Shown here piece by piece: positions 11,501-23,939 of a stretch of 64,000 bases of DNA; position 1 is the stretch's first letter, and every line of letters starts with the position of its first letter. Below the pieces are notes generated by a model, which saw only the letters and a list, made by a program, of their open reading frames with translations, was not told the DNA's origin and did no database searches. The translations under genes were made by a program, and so were the position numbers. The stretch spans positions 33,852,001 to 33,916,000 of the forward strand of contig NC_135765.1 of the NCBI RefSeq assembly GCF_052425735.1, in the 5' to 3' direction. This stretch comes from Oculina patagonica (lineage: Eukaryota).

Positions 11501-13255
11501 AAAAAAAGGCGGCAACCGGCACATTTCACCAGCTGTTCTGAATACTGCGCCAGCTACTCCTAATGCTAGTAGGTCAGTTCTGAGCATGATATTGGAGAAA
11601 GCTAACTAGTGTAAAAACCTCAAATCCATTTTGCTCCCGAGGGCTTCGCGCCCTGGACCCACAACAGGGGCGCTGCCCCTGTACCTTGCTGGAGCTCACT
11701 GGGTCCCCAGACCCACTGCATGATGGGGGGCCTCTTGCCCCCGGTGCCATCTACTATCAAAATATCTCCGGCTACTTTAAATCATTTTGACAAGGCTGTG
11801 AACACGACCAAACCAATTATCCAGTCTTTCTCCACTTATCTCTGGTCTCCCCCGTCCCCCTCTGGATGGGATGCCAGTCCATGACAGGTTACCTCTGGTA
11901 ACATTTTGACAGGCTGTCCTGATCATCACTATGCTAACCAGTACATGAATCTGGGTGGAAAGAGACTCCATGAGAGTAAAGTACCCTGTCCAAATACACA
12001 AAACAGTGTGTCTGGCCAGGTTTTGAACCCTGAGACTGACCCTGGCCAGACACACTGAACACACTAATCATAAAGCCACCATGCATCCTATTATTGCAGT
12101 TTTTTAGTGAAATGCGAACTCTGAAATTCAAAAACTATCCAACTAACGATTGCATTTTTCACTGCCTTCAATCATAGTATTATGGCGACAGCCAACAAAC
12201 CATGAAAAACAGAAAGGAACAAAATGGATCGAAATCTACCAATCACAACTGACAGAGGTGACCTTTTGACCCGGCTGAAGTGAAGTTCTGTTTCCTGAGA
12301 GGTCTGCTAAGATGATTGACGGCAGCAAAAAGCATAAACCATTGGTTGAGGATTGAATTTCAGAGTTCGCATACCACTGAAAACCGCAATTAACTACTAT
12401 TTTAAATTAGTGGCAGATCTATCTGATGTTACAAAGTACTATTTACCATCTTCTGAGGTCTAGGACTTTCCTTCCGGCCATCATTTCTTGAGTGACAGTT
12501 TCCATGGATGTCAAAGAACTTCCCTTGTACAGATCTTGCTTATTTGAGGCTGCAGTTCGATGTTTAGTGTCATCGTTATCATCCTGAAAGTCATGCTCTT
12601 TGTCTCTAAGATACTTTTTTGGTGGTTTCTTCCTCTTTTTGGGTTTAAAACAGTCTACATCAACTTGCCATGAACATGAACGAGGAATTTCAGGTTTTGC
12701 CTGATGTGAGAAATTTACTGATTCAAACATTTGTGGATCAGAGATACTTTTAACATGCTTTCCCCGAAACACTTTTTCCTCCGAGATCAGCGGCAGCGAA
12801 AAAGTGCTGCATTCCATAACTTGATCTTCTTCTCTAAGTAATGGGGGAACTTTCCATGAGGAATTTGTCAGCCACTTTTCACTTTTAAAATCTTTCTCTT
12901 TACATTCTTCGGTTGCTATGAAAGATACCCTTGATGTCCCGGCATTAAAATTGTTTATATTGCTGGTTATTTCATGGACAGCAGACTCTGGAATTTTCTG
13001 CTCCGGTTCACAGACTGTTGAGCTTTCTTCATAAGTAGCATTACATGTAATTTCGTACGACTCTTTTACACAGCTGTTTTTAGTGTCAAGGTCTTGAAGA
13101 ACCAAATCACCATTTGATGGCACGTTGTCCACAGCTTCAAAGAAAATCTCCTCACAGTCAGAGTCGCTATCGTCTTGAGTTAGTTCCCCTTTTTCTTCAT
13201 TCAACTGTGAGCTGTTGTGAATTTTTCCTCGCTCGGTGCTCCAAATCAACCCCAT
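8520..13255 (-). CDS. BIVM: Basic immunoglobulin-like variable motif-containing protein, copy A (6 exons, 523 aa)
   Basis: Exons 13255-12447, 11111-11016, 10423-10319, 9865-9638, 9193-9110, 8769-8520; all GT-AG and in phase. Motifs [25 protein letters not shown], TQEEALxILGFxPPF, GPFTGNxTLMRWF, HYFCPIG, WILIG and GGNLHCI match vertebrate BIVM. Confidence 0.93.
8830..9045 (-). mobile_element. tRNA-derived SINE (abundant family), intronic
   Basis: Family core gggtggagagaggcactgtgagagtaaagtgtcttgcccaagaacacaac, degenerate in this copy. Related copies at ~11860-12050, 23570-23770, 28785-28985, 49550-49810, 53235-53437, 57115-57440 and 59440-59700. Confidence 0.6.
9909..10117. mobile_element. MITE in BIVM intron 3, shared by both arms (also ~51680-51856)
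   Basis: Inverted ends caaccctccaagtt / aacttggaggtg. Internal ttagtcgcca repeats. Present at the matching position in both copies. Confidence 0.55.
11489..11800. mobile_element. MITE in BIVM-A intron 1, absent from BIVM-B
   Basis: cacagggttgtcaaaa ... ttttgacaaggctgtg. Empty site at ~49850-49870 (gatttgaaca on the minus strand). Confidence 0.7.
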
Positions 13256-13803
13256 TTTTGAGATCTTCCTCGAACGTCGTTCAACTTTCGGACCTTTCGA
13301 GTTCCACAGCTCTACATTTCATGTACTAGATGAGATGGGAAGCCATTACGATTTTGCAACTGAATAAAACTCGCATCAACTCAGCAAGAACTAACCTGCT
13401 AAAAACAGCAGGAGGCATGACAAGAATAAATTTTGGAAGTCGTTGCCAACTTTTTGGTGTTTTGAAATTTTCCTTGGTTTGGAAAGTAGCGCTAAAACGT
13501 GTTACCGCTGACCGATTGATGTGTTCTTGCTGAGGATTATGGGAAATTACAGGAACGCCTGGAACATAACTGTTCTGTTTATGCAAATTCGTTGTATTGT
13601 TTTGAGTTTTGATTAGATTTACGCACAACTTCCTTTTGAGCGATTATTCGCAGCTAGTTCACTGTCAAAGGTTCCGCTGTGATCGATCTCCAGGGCGCCA
13701 AAGGAAACCTTTCGAGAAAACATCTGCGTTTGCATAACTTGTTTCACTCTCTGTAGAAACAACTCTTCGAAAACCGAGAAAACTCTTTGAAAACCCGCTG
13801 AAA
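13256..13803. promoter_or_regulatory. Putative bidirectional promoter between BIVM and MORN4 (also 47778-48362)
   Basis: Divergent start codons lie 548 bp apart. The interval is CpG-richer than the flanks and conserved between arms. Confidence 0.55.
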
Positions 13804-14265
13804 ATGTCTTCCCCGAGCTCTCAAGCTGTTGCAAGACACAAATTTACTTACCCCATCGGCGACGTGTACGATGGAGAATGGAATAATGATGGAAGGAAAC
13901 AAGGGATCGGACATCTATCGCTTGTCGATGGAACGAAGTATGTTGGACAATTTCAGAACGGATTTTGCCACGGCCATGGTGTTGCAAGATTTCCGGACGG
14001 CTCTATGTATGAGGGTGAATTTGAAAACGGAAAATACAGTGGCTTCGGGGCTTTTACACGGAGCGATGGAATGCGCTTTGAAGGAAGGTTTCAAAATGGG
14101 AGAGTTGATGGCGAAGGCATGATTACCTTCCCTGATGGAACTCACGGTCGGCCAAGGCAAGAGGGCTATTTTATGGGGACAGAACTTGTCGAGAGATTCC
14201 GAGCAAACGACACAGTTATGAAAGCGCAACAGGCTGCTAAGATTGCTCGAAGTATCAAGATTTAA
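13804..14265 (+). CDS. MORN4: MORN repeat-containing protein 4, copy A (single exon, 153 aa)
   Basis: Four MORN repeats (YxGxWxxGxxxGxG) plus the MORN4-type FPDGTHGRPRQEGYF segment and C-terminal helix. Confidence 0.92.
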   Translation: MSSPSSQAVARHKFTYPIGDVYDGEWNNDGRKQGIGHLSLVDGTKYVGQFQNGFCHGHGVARFPDGSMYEGEFENGKYSGFGAFTRSDGMRFEGRFQNGRVDGEGMITFPDGTHGRPRQEGYFMGTELVERFRANDTVMKAQQAAKIARSIKI

Positions 14266-15853
14266 CAATGAATTATATCACAAATTTTAAGTTATGCAAC
14301 TTAGTTTTAGTAATTTCAAATTCCCACGAAACTGATCTCAATTAAGTATTGTGTAGTGGGAAAGTGGTTATAAATTTCCCCATATCGCTATTGCCGCAAT
14401 TACGGCGAATTATGATTTTCCCTATTCTGTTTTAGAAAATATTATGTACAGATATTGTAAGGGAAACTAAAACTGTTTAATAGTCTAGTTTGTTTCTTTT
14501 TGTTCTCAATGAAGGATCTAGAAATATATTATTATACCCACCCCCAAATTCAATGTTATGCAAATTAGTTTAACACCCACATGAAGCTGAAATTAGAGGT
14601 GAGCTGATTGATGCAAGATCTTCCTGTTAGTAATACGTGCTGACGCCATTGGTGGCAGCATGGGCAATGCTAATTCTTTGTTGTTGTTTTTTTCTTGTCC
14701 ATTTTTAAAAAGCACCATAACTTTTAACGATTGAAATAGCTGTGGTCATGTGGCAGGGCAGAGGCCTACAGAAAGACCACAGAACTGGTACTGAATGGCA
14801 TTTTATAGTACTACAAAGATGCCTCCACTTTGCAGGCTGATTTTCCCCTGCCCTCCCATCCCCATTTTCTTGAGATTGGATCCAGAAAATTTCATAGCTA
14901 TACACAACTTCGAGACCTTGGGAACAAGGTTGAGCTATACAGACACCAGAGAAGTGTCTCTGATGTGTTATTGCACAGTTTTAAAGTTTCACGCACAAGT
15001 AACAGCGACTCAGAGACAGCAGATTATCTCTGTGGGGCTATATCTGTAAAAAAGTTTTGGGTCAAATCTCAGATATCTTTTGTGTGGTTCCAAAAAACAT
15101 TGATATTTACCTCTCAGAAGGAAATTTCAAGGTGGTGTGGTGTGGCAAAGTGTGTAGCTAAACTGAAATTTGTGGAGGGGTAAGGGTAGGAGCTCAAACC
15201 AAAAAATCTTACATGGGGGAGGTATGGACATTTTGGAAAACAACGCATTAGACACTTCTTTGCTCAGACAAGCTACCAGTATATGCAGCACATGGGGTAC
15301 ATTTTCAACCTTTCATTAGTCACTGGCCTTTTTTCATTAGTGTCCCCCACTTGTGCTCTGGTTGATTGCTGTAGAGAACTCAGTATGTGAAATTTTTCTT
15401 TATAAGCTTATTAAATCCCTGCTCCAGGTGTTCTGTTAATTACTGGAGAGTAGTGATTAGTGGGAAGAACAACTTAATTATTTTCACACGCCATTCTTAG
15501 CACTGCTCACTTAATAACCAAATGCCTGTAAAAGGCTAGTAATAAGGTAAAGTGTGTCTCATGAACAATTTAGTGACAAGTCAAAGTCAGAACATTCTTT
15601 ATTAATTTATTAAAATTCTCATAGTTTGGAAAATTATTACAATAATAGTAATTTCTCCTCCAAGAATGACTAAATACTGTAGCTCTTTTGAGAGTTGAAT
15701 AGACCCTCAGAGTTGTTTTTATTTAAATTTTACTGTCAGCTAATTGCTTAATTCAATTTACAATATTTAGCAATGAATATTGGACTGAAACTTTTGAAGT
15801 ATTCAGGAATACATGACTTGACTATTTGACCTAATATGTTTATTATGACATTG

Positions 15854-18800
15854 TTATAAACCATAGGTGACGATCATATCCTTTATAGGCCCTCTGCAGT
15901 AGGAACACTTCACCAAGAAGGACGTACACTGATAACAAGTTATTTGATGGCGACAAGGAATTACAACACAATTTGGTTTTTCAATAGTACAAATTATGCA
16001 ATTATCCTTTCGAAACCACATTTCTTCAATCTCTTTAGTGGCTGATTTTAGAACATCAGCAACAGAGTTCTCTGCAGAGTCCTCTCTCTCCTTTGATGCC
16101 AAAACAATCTGAGTCAGCTTCTCAAACTTGCCAGCAAGCCGCTTCCGAAGAATTTCACTTCTGTCGTTTAAAAGGCCAACTTGACGAGAATGAGCTTTTT
16201 GTTTGTTCTTATGGTCCTCTACTACTGCAGCTAGCCTTTCCTGGTGGAAGATCTTGTCTCTTTTGAGATCAGTGATTGTGCTTGAAAGGTTAGCCATTTC
16301 ACTTTCAAACCTTTTCTTCCATGCTGCGCTGACTTCTTGCTCAATGTTAACAATCTTGACTTCTTGACTACCCAAGTCCTTTTCCAGTGAAGAAATCTTG
16401 GACTGAAGTTTCAAGAGCTCTTGTGCATGGCTTCTGTCTTTTTCAAGGAGTTTTTCACTCAGAAGATCTTTCTCTCTCTGAAAAAGTAGAAGTGGATACT
16501 GTTTGTTCTGAAATTGCTTCAGTTTAACATTTAATTCCAGTGGCAGATCTAGGGGAGGGGCCGGGGGGCAGCCCCCTTTTTCTTGAACAAATAGAGGCCA
16601 GAAGTGTCAAGAAAAGGTTTTTCGAGAGCGGGCCTCCCCCTTATCTAAAGGTCTGGTTCGCCACTGAATTCTATATACTGAAAGCTGGCTTATTTTGCAA
16701 TTGTTTACATCACATACTTGTTTTTTTGACTGAAGGCTTCAATTATTACCAGTCATTCATCAAAGTGAAACATAACTAATGTATTAACTAACTGCATTTT
16801 TACTAGCTAGGAGAATCATTAATTAAATACCATAAACAGGGCCATAGGCAGGATTTTGCATGGGTGGGTGTGAGTGCTGGAGGAGTAAGGATTTAGGGAG
16901 ATCTGGGGATATTCTTCCCTGGAAAATGTTGACAAATAACATTGTTGGTCCACATTTCCTGCATAATTCTGAGAGTCATTTTAACCCTCTTTCCCCACAA
17001 TAAGTTATTCTTAGAATACGTTTTTTCAGGGTTTTTTTTTTATCACTTTCCATGACACTTACTTGTAACATCTCCTCTCTCTGCTTGAGCACTGATGGAT
17101 TCAGGAGCATGTATGATGATTGCAGTTCCCCATGCAAGTCTTTGCAAAATGGCTGGTTCATCCGGCAAACCTGCATTGATAAAGATGCCACTAACTTGAC
17201 AATGCTGTCACTGTGGCCGCCAAGTGAGCTTGTTCCAACTGTAGAAAAGAAAAAAAAAAGCATTTTAAAATAACAGGAAGCTGAAATAACTTTGAACTTG
17301 TGGTAAAAATTATAAAAGGGTAAGGGGTTAGAGCTCGGGGCGGAGCCTCCCCGTACAAAACTTTTTTGAGTACCCCCCCGGGTAAAAATTATGTCTACAT
17401 TTACTTGAGAATGGTAATGGTGGGGTTGGAATGATTATTGTAAAAAAGAGTCCAAAACACCTATCAATTATATAACAAATGTCTCAATTTTAATTGGTTT
17501 TGCAAGTACATGTCTATTTGTCAAGCAGGGCCATAGGCATGGCAGGCATCATGGGTGCATCTGCACCCACACGGCCCACAAAGGTCTGCCTTATCATGCA
17601 GTGAGGGTTAAAATGATTCTCAGAATGCTGGAAATGTACATGATTTGATTATAAGCAAATGAAAAAAGTGCATCAACTAACCTTGTACTAACTGCTCAGA
17701 TTGAAGGTTCAGTATCATTGACACAATAAAAGCCTCTCTGCAGAAACACTTGGTGCTATTCTTTTGTTCACAACAGTGATCTGCTTTTCCACTCAACAAA
17801 GCTCGTGGAATCTCGTAATGACCAAACTCTTTTCGAAGAACAACCTGTCCTGCAGATTCAGAAATATCCATGGATACCATACTAAACTCTGGATAGCACA
17901 GCTGGACAAGCTTTTCGACATGCTGAAGAATATTAATTTCTCCTCGAGTCAAGTCTGCAAATGGAACTGTTACTGATTGTTTTGTCGTTGCTCTGGAGAG
18001 AATTGTATCCAAGGGATCAACCAATCCAGACCTGTACAACACGTCGATTAAAGATTGATTACACAAAACTAACTTCTGATCAATTTCCTGTTTGATTTTA
18101 CTTAGCTTCTCTGCCGAAATGCAGTTTGGTATTGGGTATGTCATCGATCCATGAACAGTGAAGAAATGTTGAGCAACAAGCTTAAGCAGTGCAGACTTAT
18201 CACTGATGTAAAAGTTGGCATGTCGCACATCTGAGGTGCAGTTTTCTTCCAAGAGTCTGTAATAGTGTGGAATCAGATCTGGTCTCTGCTCGATGGCGTG
18301 AACCCACATGCTACTGATCTGATGGTCAACGTCACTAAGATGAACGACAGCTCTTCGATCCCTGTCAATCTTGAGATAAACAAAGTCAACCCCAGAGGCT
18401 AGACCATCCTTGGACAAGTCTGACACCCAAACACCTTTGACAAAAAGTTGACCTTTATAACGTTCACCTAACAGCAACGTGCCCACCTGTGACTTGACAT
18501 AGTCAGAAGGCGGACAAAGAAAAAGAAACCGCCTCAGGTACATTTCCCAATCTTTATGATAAAGTGGAAAGACAGATACACGTGTGTCTGTCTGTCCAAG
18601 GTTGGCAACATCGTCATCATCATCATCATCATCATTTTCCTTCCACCTGTCATCGACAAACACAGTCAACACCTCCTCATCAAATGCCTCATCATGTGAC
18701 AATCCAAACCTCCAGCGATCTTTGCTCGTTTCCATGGAAACCACTCTACCTTCCCTGACTAAAGCTAGGGCGCCAACTTTAAGTCCTTCGCCAAACTGTC

Positions 18801-19266
18801 CAATCACTTCCTTGCTGGAGGCTTTCTTTGAAAAACCAAGAAGCAACACCTTCCTCATTAGCTCTGTGTCACGGTTTATCAGGGTAAGCTTTTCTTTGGC
18901 TGGGGAATAAACTATTCTTCCGAGTTCCAGTCTGTGACCATCTTGAGGAGAACCATCGAACGTTTGATGATCACGTTTTTGTGTTTGATTCGTCAAACCA
19001 TCAAAATTATTTTTTTCTTTCGTGTTCCTCTCGAAAGAAACGCGATTCTCGGCTTTTATCACTGCTCTGTACAACAGCAAGTCATTTTCTTTGCAGCAGA
19101 GGAAATCCACTTTCGATCCACCCTGCAATTTCTCCAGCGAAGAAAACACCCCATCATGCCAGTTTTGAACAAGTTCTCGGATTCCTTCCCACGTTTTCCA
19201 TGAGGGTGCATATTGAGATGTTAAACTAAGACTTATAGACTTCACTGCACTTGACTCCTTGGCCAT
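15854..19266 (-). CDS. GHKL (HATPase_c-like) ATPase - coiled coil - C3HC4 RING fusion, copy A (3 exons, 794 aa)
   Basis: Exons 19266-17682, 17238-17063, 16477-15854; GT-AG and in phase. N-box EGIRELVQNWHD, G2 box IGQFGEGLK, then LFVKGVWV...GVDF..LKIDRDR. C-terminal CIIC-x11-CRH-x3-CYQC-x6-CSYCR. Confidence 0.85.
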
Positions 19267-20016
19267 TTTCTCGCGTACTGTCGGTAACTTGCAATATCAC
19301 GTAGTACGTGATCTCAAAAGCCTGGGAACGAGCTGCAACGATGACATCATTGTTATTTTTTTCCGGAGGTATATAACAGTTGCAGCTCGTTGCAGCACGT
19401 TCCCAGTTTTGAGATCACGTACTACAGGTTCAAGGCCAAGGCAGAATTGTCGCAAAAACCTCCAGTAATAAATAATTAGTGATTCATGATCAACTGGAAT
19501 TTATAAATGCACGCGGCTTGAGACAATGGAGACAGATAATGAGGCAGCGATCCGATGTAGGGTGAAAAACAGCGCAATGTTTACCTGAGATAAGGCTTTG
19601 AATTAACTGCCTTAAAATGTTTCCATTATTTTGAAAATCGGACATTTCATTACATACTTATTCTTCTTTTTGACTGCCAAGTTTAAAAAAAATTCTATCG
19701 AGCGCTTTTTATTTTGCGATCATTTTAGTAAGCGAAGGCCCTTTTTCGATAAAAGAGCGAAATAACACTTCATACCAGTTGCAAAATAAACGTTAAGGCC
19801 AAAATGTTACTTGATCGCGCCTTATGAACGTTTTCTCAATAATGTTTTAAGACTGCTTTGTTTTTGTTGTATTTTAGCACCTGAAAACTTCATCCAAAAT
19901 TTTCTCGAAAACGTTCTCATAAAAATTCTTCAAATTTTGCAAACGTCAAGAAAACTTTGTCAAGTCCAAGATCCAGAAGACTTATTTCAAAATTATCCTT
20001 CTATTACAAGATAAAA

Positions 20017-21341
20017 AACCTCATGGTAATTCGATGAATGAAGTGCCGATCTCCGCTTTTTTTCTAAATAAGTGTCCATTCACTGTCCAATAAGTAAAGC
20101 AATCTCACTTTGCTTTAGTTTTCCACGTGAGTTGCGTCATTGATGGCTCGTGCTCTCTGGGGTCGTAGTCAGTGCTATTCAGTTTTCACAACCAAAATAT
20201 TTACCGGTTAGTGTATTACCTTTGATCCTTTTCAATCAATCAATCAATAAAATTTATTTACCCTCGGAGCTGACGGGGGCTGGCTAGGCCCCTAGCAAAA
20301 CATATGCTAATATGCCGAGAATATGCCGTTTTGTGAATATGTTTACTTTTCTGTCAGAAGCGTTATCTTTGAGCAGCGGATAAAATTTGGAACTTCGTGT
20401 ATCTGCTCCGGACTCAAAAAGATGAAAAACGGATGACGTGACACGAGGTGACGTGACACGAAACAGAAACGTGCCGTGGATGTGGTGTTAACTAAATGGC
20501 GAGCGTAATAATTTTTTATAACAGTTTAAGCGTAACTATATGTAGTTCATAGGTGCTATCAGTAATGTCACAATCTCACTTAATTTGCCTTTGAATGTTT
20601 TCTTGCGTGAATGGGTCATAGTTTTTTTCTTCAAATAAGCGTTTAATAATGTAACACAATCTCACTTTATTTCCTTGTAAATGTTTTATTTTTCCATGGG
20701 AATTACGTCATGATCTTCGTGCTCTCAGGCTTCGTAGCGCGAATTCTATTTCATCACAAAAACATTTAAGTGTAACCTTTGATCCTTTTTAGCATTAAGT
20801 AAATTTGTTTTGTGAATATGTTTACTTTTCTGTTAGTACGTATAGCGTTATTTTGAGCAGCGAATAAAATTTGAGAGAAAGATGCGCCTTTCTGCACGAC
20901 TCAAAAAGGCGAAGAACGGATGACGTGACACGAAGATGACATGACGCGAAACATAAACGTGCATAAATGTTGTCTTTACTAAAACACGTATTTGAATGTT
21001 TTCTTACGTGAATGGGTCATTGATAGCCTATGCTCTGAGGCTTCGTAGAGCGAATTCTATTCTCTTTTATCACCAGAGGATAAGTGTAACTGACCCATAT
21101 TCGATTTGTTTTGTGAAAATTCAATTCAGTTCCCTGAAAAAGAGCGACCCTGGGAACGAGGTTGGAGAATAATTTGTTTTGCCATGCGCTGAATGGCGTT
21201 TTAAAGAACCTTTCTGCCAGCACGTTCACCGTTAAATGCATGAATTAATTGCGGTTTAATATCAGAATGGAGTGAGTGAGTGAGGGAAATTAATAAACAC
21301 GTGACTTCGAGAATGATCACTACACCTTCATTACCATTCGG
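20017..21341. mobile_element. ~1.3-kb non-autonomous element with internal tandem subrepeats (Helentron/HINE-like is an inference)
   Basis: acctcatggtaattcg ... cattaccattcggt between A-runs. Reverse-complement copy at ~42823-44093. Internal repeated blocks (ttttgtgaatatgtttacttttctg, gatgacgtgacacga). Confidence 0.7.
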
Positions 21342-23190
21342 TAAAAATCGGTCTTGTGTAAAATGGGTGGTGACGTCATTATGTTGCTATGGTTACTCCG
21401 ATTTCGATGAAACTTATCTCATTCGAAACTTTCATCTTTCTTTAGTACAGCTGTACTGATCGATTTTCAGTCGGATTATGAACCGTGGCATACAATTTGC
21501 TTAAAGTGCTACTATGACCAAAATTTTTGTTTTTCTTTTCGTCTTTTTCTAAAGTCAATTTGTTCAATAAGTCTATATTTAACTAGCGCGCTAGAATTTA
21601 GAACGTTGCGAGCAATATAAGCCTTGAAATAGCTTGCCGAAAATCGTGGAAAACCCGTCCGCCATTACTCGGACGTCTAAAGTGAGCCAGCGACTGTACT
21701 GAAAAGCGGATTTACGCATGAGTTGGTCCGTGACGTCATATGCGCATCGTCGCTTCGAGCTTCGAGTGTTCTAAGAGAGAATATACTGAGAATTAACAGG
21801 GTTATAAAAGATATTTCTTCGACAAATTCTTCGTCTAGTTTGCCCGGTGGCGAAACCCAAGAGAGCCGCAACGAAGAGACATTGCAATTTAGCGGTATCG
21901 TTTCTTATAATGAGAATTTAAAGCCGTTTGACGTCGGTCTAAAGGGCAATGTTTGTATGCAATACTTCATTCGATCGATGAGGTTTTGGCGCTGCATGCC
22001 AACAACGAAGCTGCCGTCTTCTTGTCCAATCGAAGAAGCCTCGAAGAACGAAGAGGAACGGCGATTCATGGACTACGTTCGTTTGAATACATGGTATGAT
22101 GAGAACGACATTGAATAGTTAGGATAAAATGTCTGCAATGTTTGAATTAATAGAGAGCTCTGCATATATATTACATGTAGGTTGCTATTGCCGTTTGCGA
22201 AGGATTGAAATGATCTTTACTGTTGTTTTCATTCTTGTAATCTATCATACACGCCATGGGCATAAAATCTATCTCAGCTGTTTATTCCGAAAAAAGCTTT
22301 ATAAACATGAAATAATGTAAAATTTATACAGAAAAATTAAAGTCAACAAGATGGTGCAGGTGATCAATGGATTTAGTTCCTTGAGTTTTATACAGTTTTA
22401 CCTTCCTTGACTACATAACAATACAGGTAATAAACCTTTTTAAAACTAAGTGTTTTAATGGGTAATAACACTTCAGACATCCAGCTTCAGCCAGCATTCA
22501 GTATTCCTGTTTCTTAAAATAAGAAAACCATTTGAATGCTGTATAGAGTCCTTCACTCTATTTTACTGATTATGTTATGAAACTGTCCCACAAGTAGCAG
22601 CAAAACTGGGTAGGAGTAGTTTTTCTTATTTATTTCACCCATTTGTTTTCCTCTTGGCCCCGTGATTTTTTGATGATAAAAATAACTCAAACAATATATG
22701 CACAACATGGGAACAAGTAAAATAATATTAAGGGTATAAAGTTTTAAGTTCATAAACAGGAACACCTAGACCTCAAACAAACACTGGGACCTTGATCAAA
22801 CGTTTCCAGTTTTGAACCGGCATTTAAATGAAGCCTGCATTGAGTCGGGGTCTGGCATCTACTCAAGAAAATATTTTTTTTATGGTATCATATGCAATAT
22901 GACAGTGGCTCTTTCTAGAGAATATCACTGGCAGTACATTGTGCATCTGCAGTATGTGTATGTAATTGAGAGTTCAATTTTGGGACTAATCTTGTGTCAA
23001 CTTAACGTGACTGTAAACAAGCCAGCTCCGTATACCACCCTAAATAAATTGCTCCCTTGATGCAAAAAGGCAAAGTCTGCATGCAAGCCTGCTTGCCCAT
23101 CAGGACAAAGCATATCTTGGTTTAAGTAGGACATATATGTTATGACACTGGTCTGGGCTTGCGCACTGACCATTAGGTCACCGCACCTAA

Positions 23191-23391
23191 ATAGGGGTGT
23201 CGAATGGTTAATGCGTTTGCGAGACGGCGGGACTGATATCTTTTCTGCGAGCCCGAGACCTTTTTAGCCTTGTAAAAGAAATCGAGACTCCGAAAAGGCG
23301 TCAAAGAAAAATTCGAGACGGCGAGACCCCTGAAATTTGGCTAAAATTTTGGGAGACCCGCAGTTTTTGAAGGACCATTCACCACCCCTCT
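23191..23391. mobile_element. MITE nested in the Kolobok-like element; second copy at ~39953-40154
   Basis: aggggtgtcgaatgg ... ccattcaccacccct ends with internal cgagac repeats. The 39953 copy is absent from the matching arm-A position. Confidence 0.7.
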
Positions 23392-23939
23392 AAATCAAAA
23401 CAACTACCCCATTGCTATGCAACATTTTTATTTATGGTACAGGTTTGACTGTATTTGTTGTCGGCTTCGCAGTTCGTGTATACTTTTTAAATAAATACAT
23501 ATATAATGGTTGCAAGGGTCCTGTGTGACCTCAAAATTGCCCTCTTTTTACAAAAAGGCAAGGTCTGCATGCAAGTCTAGTTGCCCACCAAGCAACTAGA
23601 CTTGCATGCCCTCGTCACACCATCAATTTGCAAGTTCCCATTCTACACTTGGAGAGGAGGCACCATGAGAGTAGTCTTGCCCAAGAACACAGCACAATGA
23701 CACCAGTAAGAGTCCACACCTGAACCGCTTGATCCGGAGTCCGACAACTTACACTTAGGCCACCTCACCTCAATCAATACAACATTTTTATTTATGGTAC
23801 AGATTTGACTGTACTTGTGTTAGAAATTATGATGGATCAGCAGCTCAGGGGTTCACATGATTTATTGTTGGCTACTACATTCTCAACTTATGAACAAAAA
23901 GAGCATGCCAAAAATAAATATATTGCAAACTTAAAATAA

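Noticed and set aside
13829-14268. Overlapping and antisense ORFs on MORN4, conserved in both arms
   Set aside because: Conservation is explained by the near identity of the duplicated MORN4. No recognisable motifs.
18564-18910. Poly-His and poly-Ser ORFs
   Set aside because: These are antisense frames of the (GAT)n poly-Asp loop in the ATPase exon.
17682-19266. Bacterial contamination as the source of the GHKL exon
   Set aside because: It has a canonical donor in phase with downstream exons, occurs in both arms, and is flanked by animal genes and host repeats.
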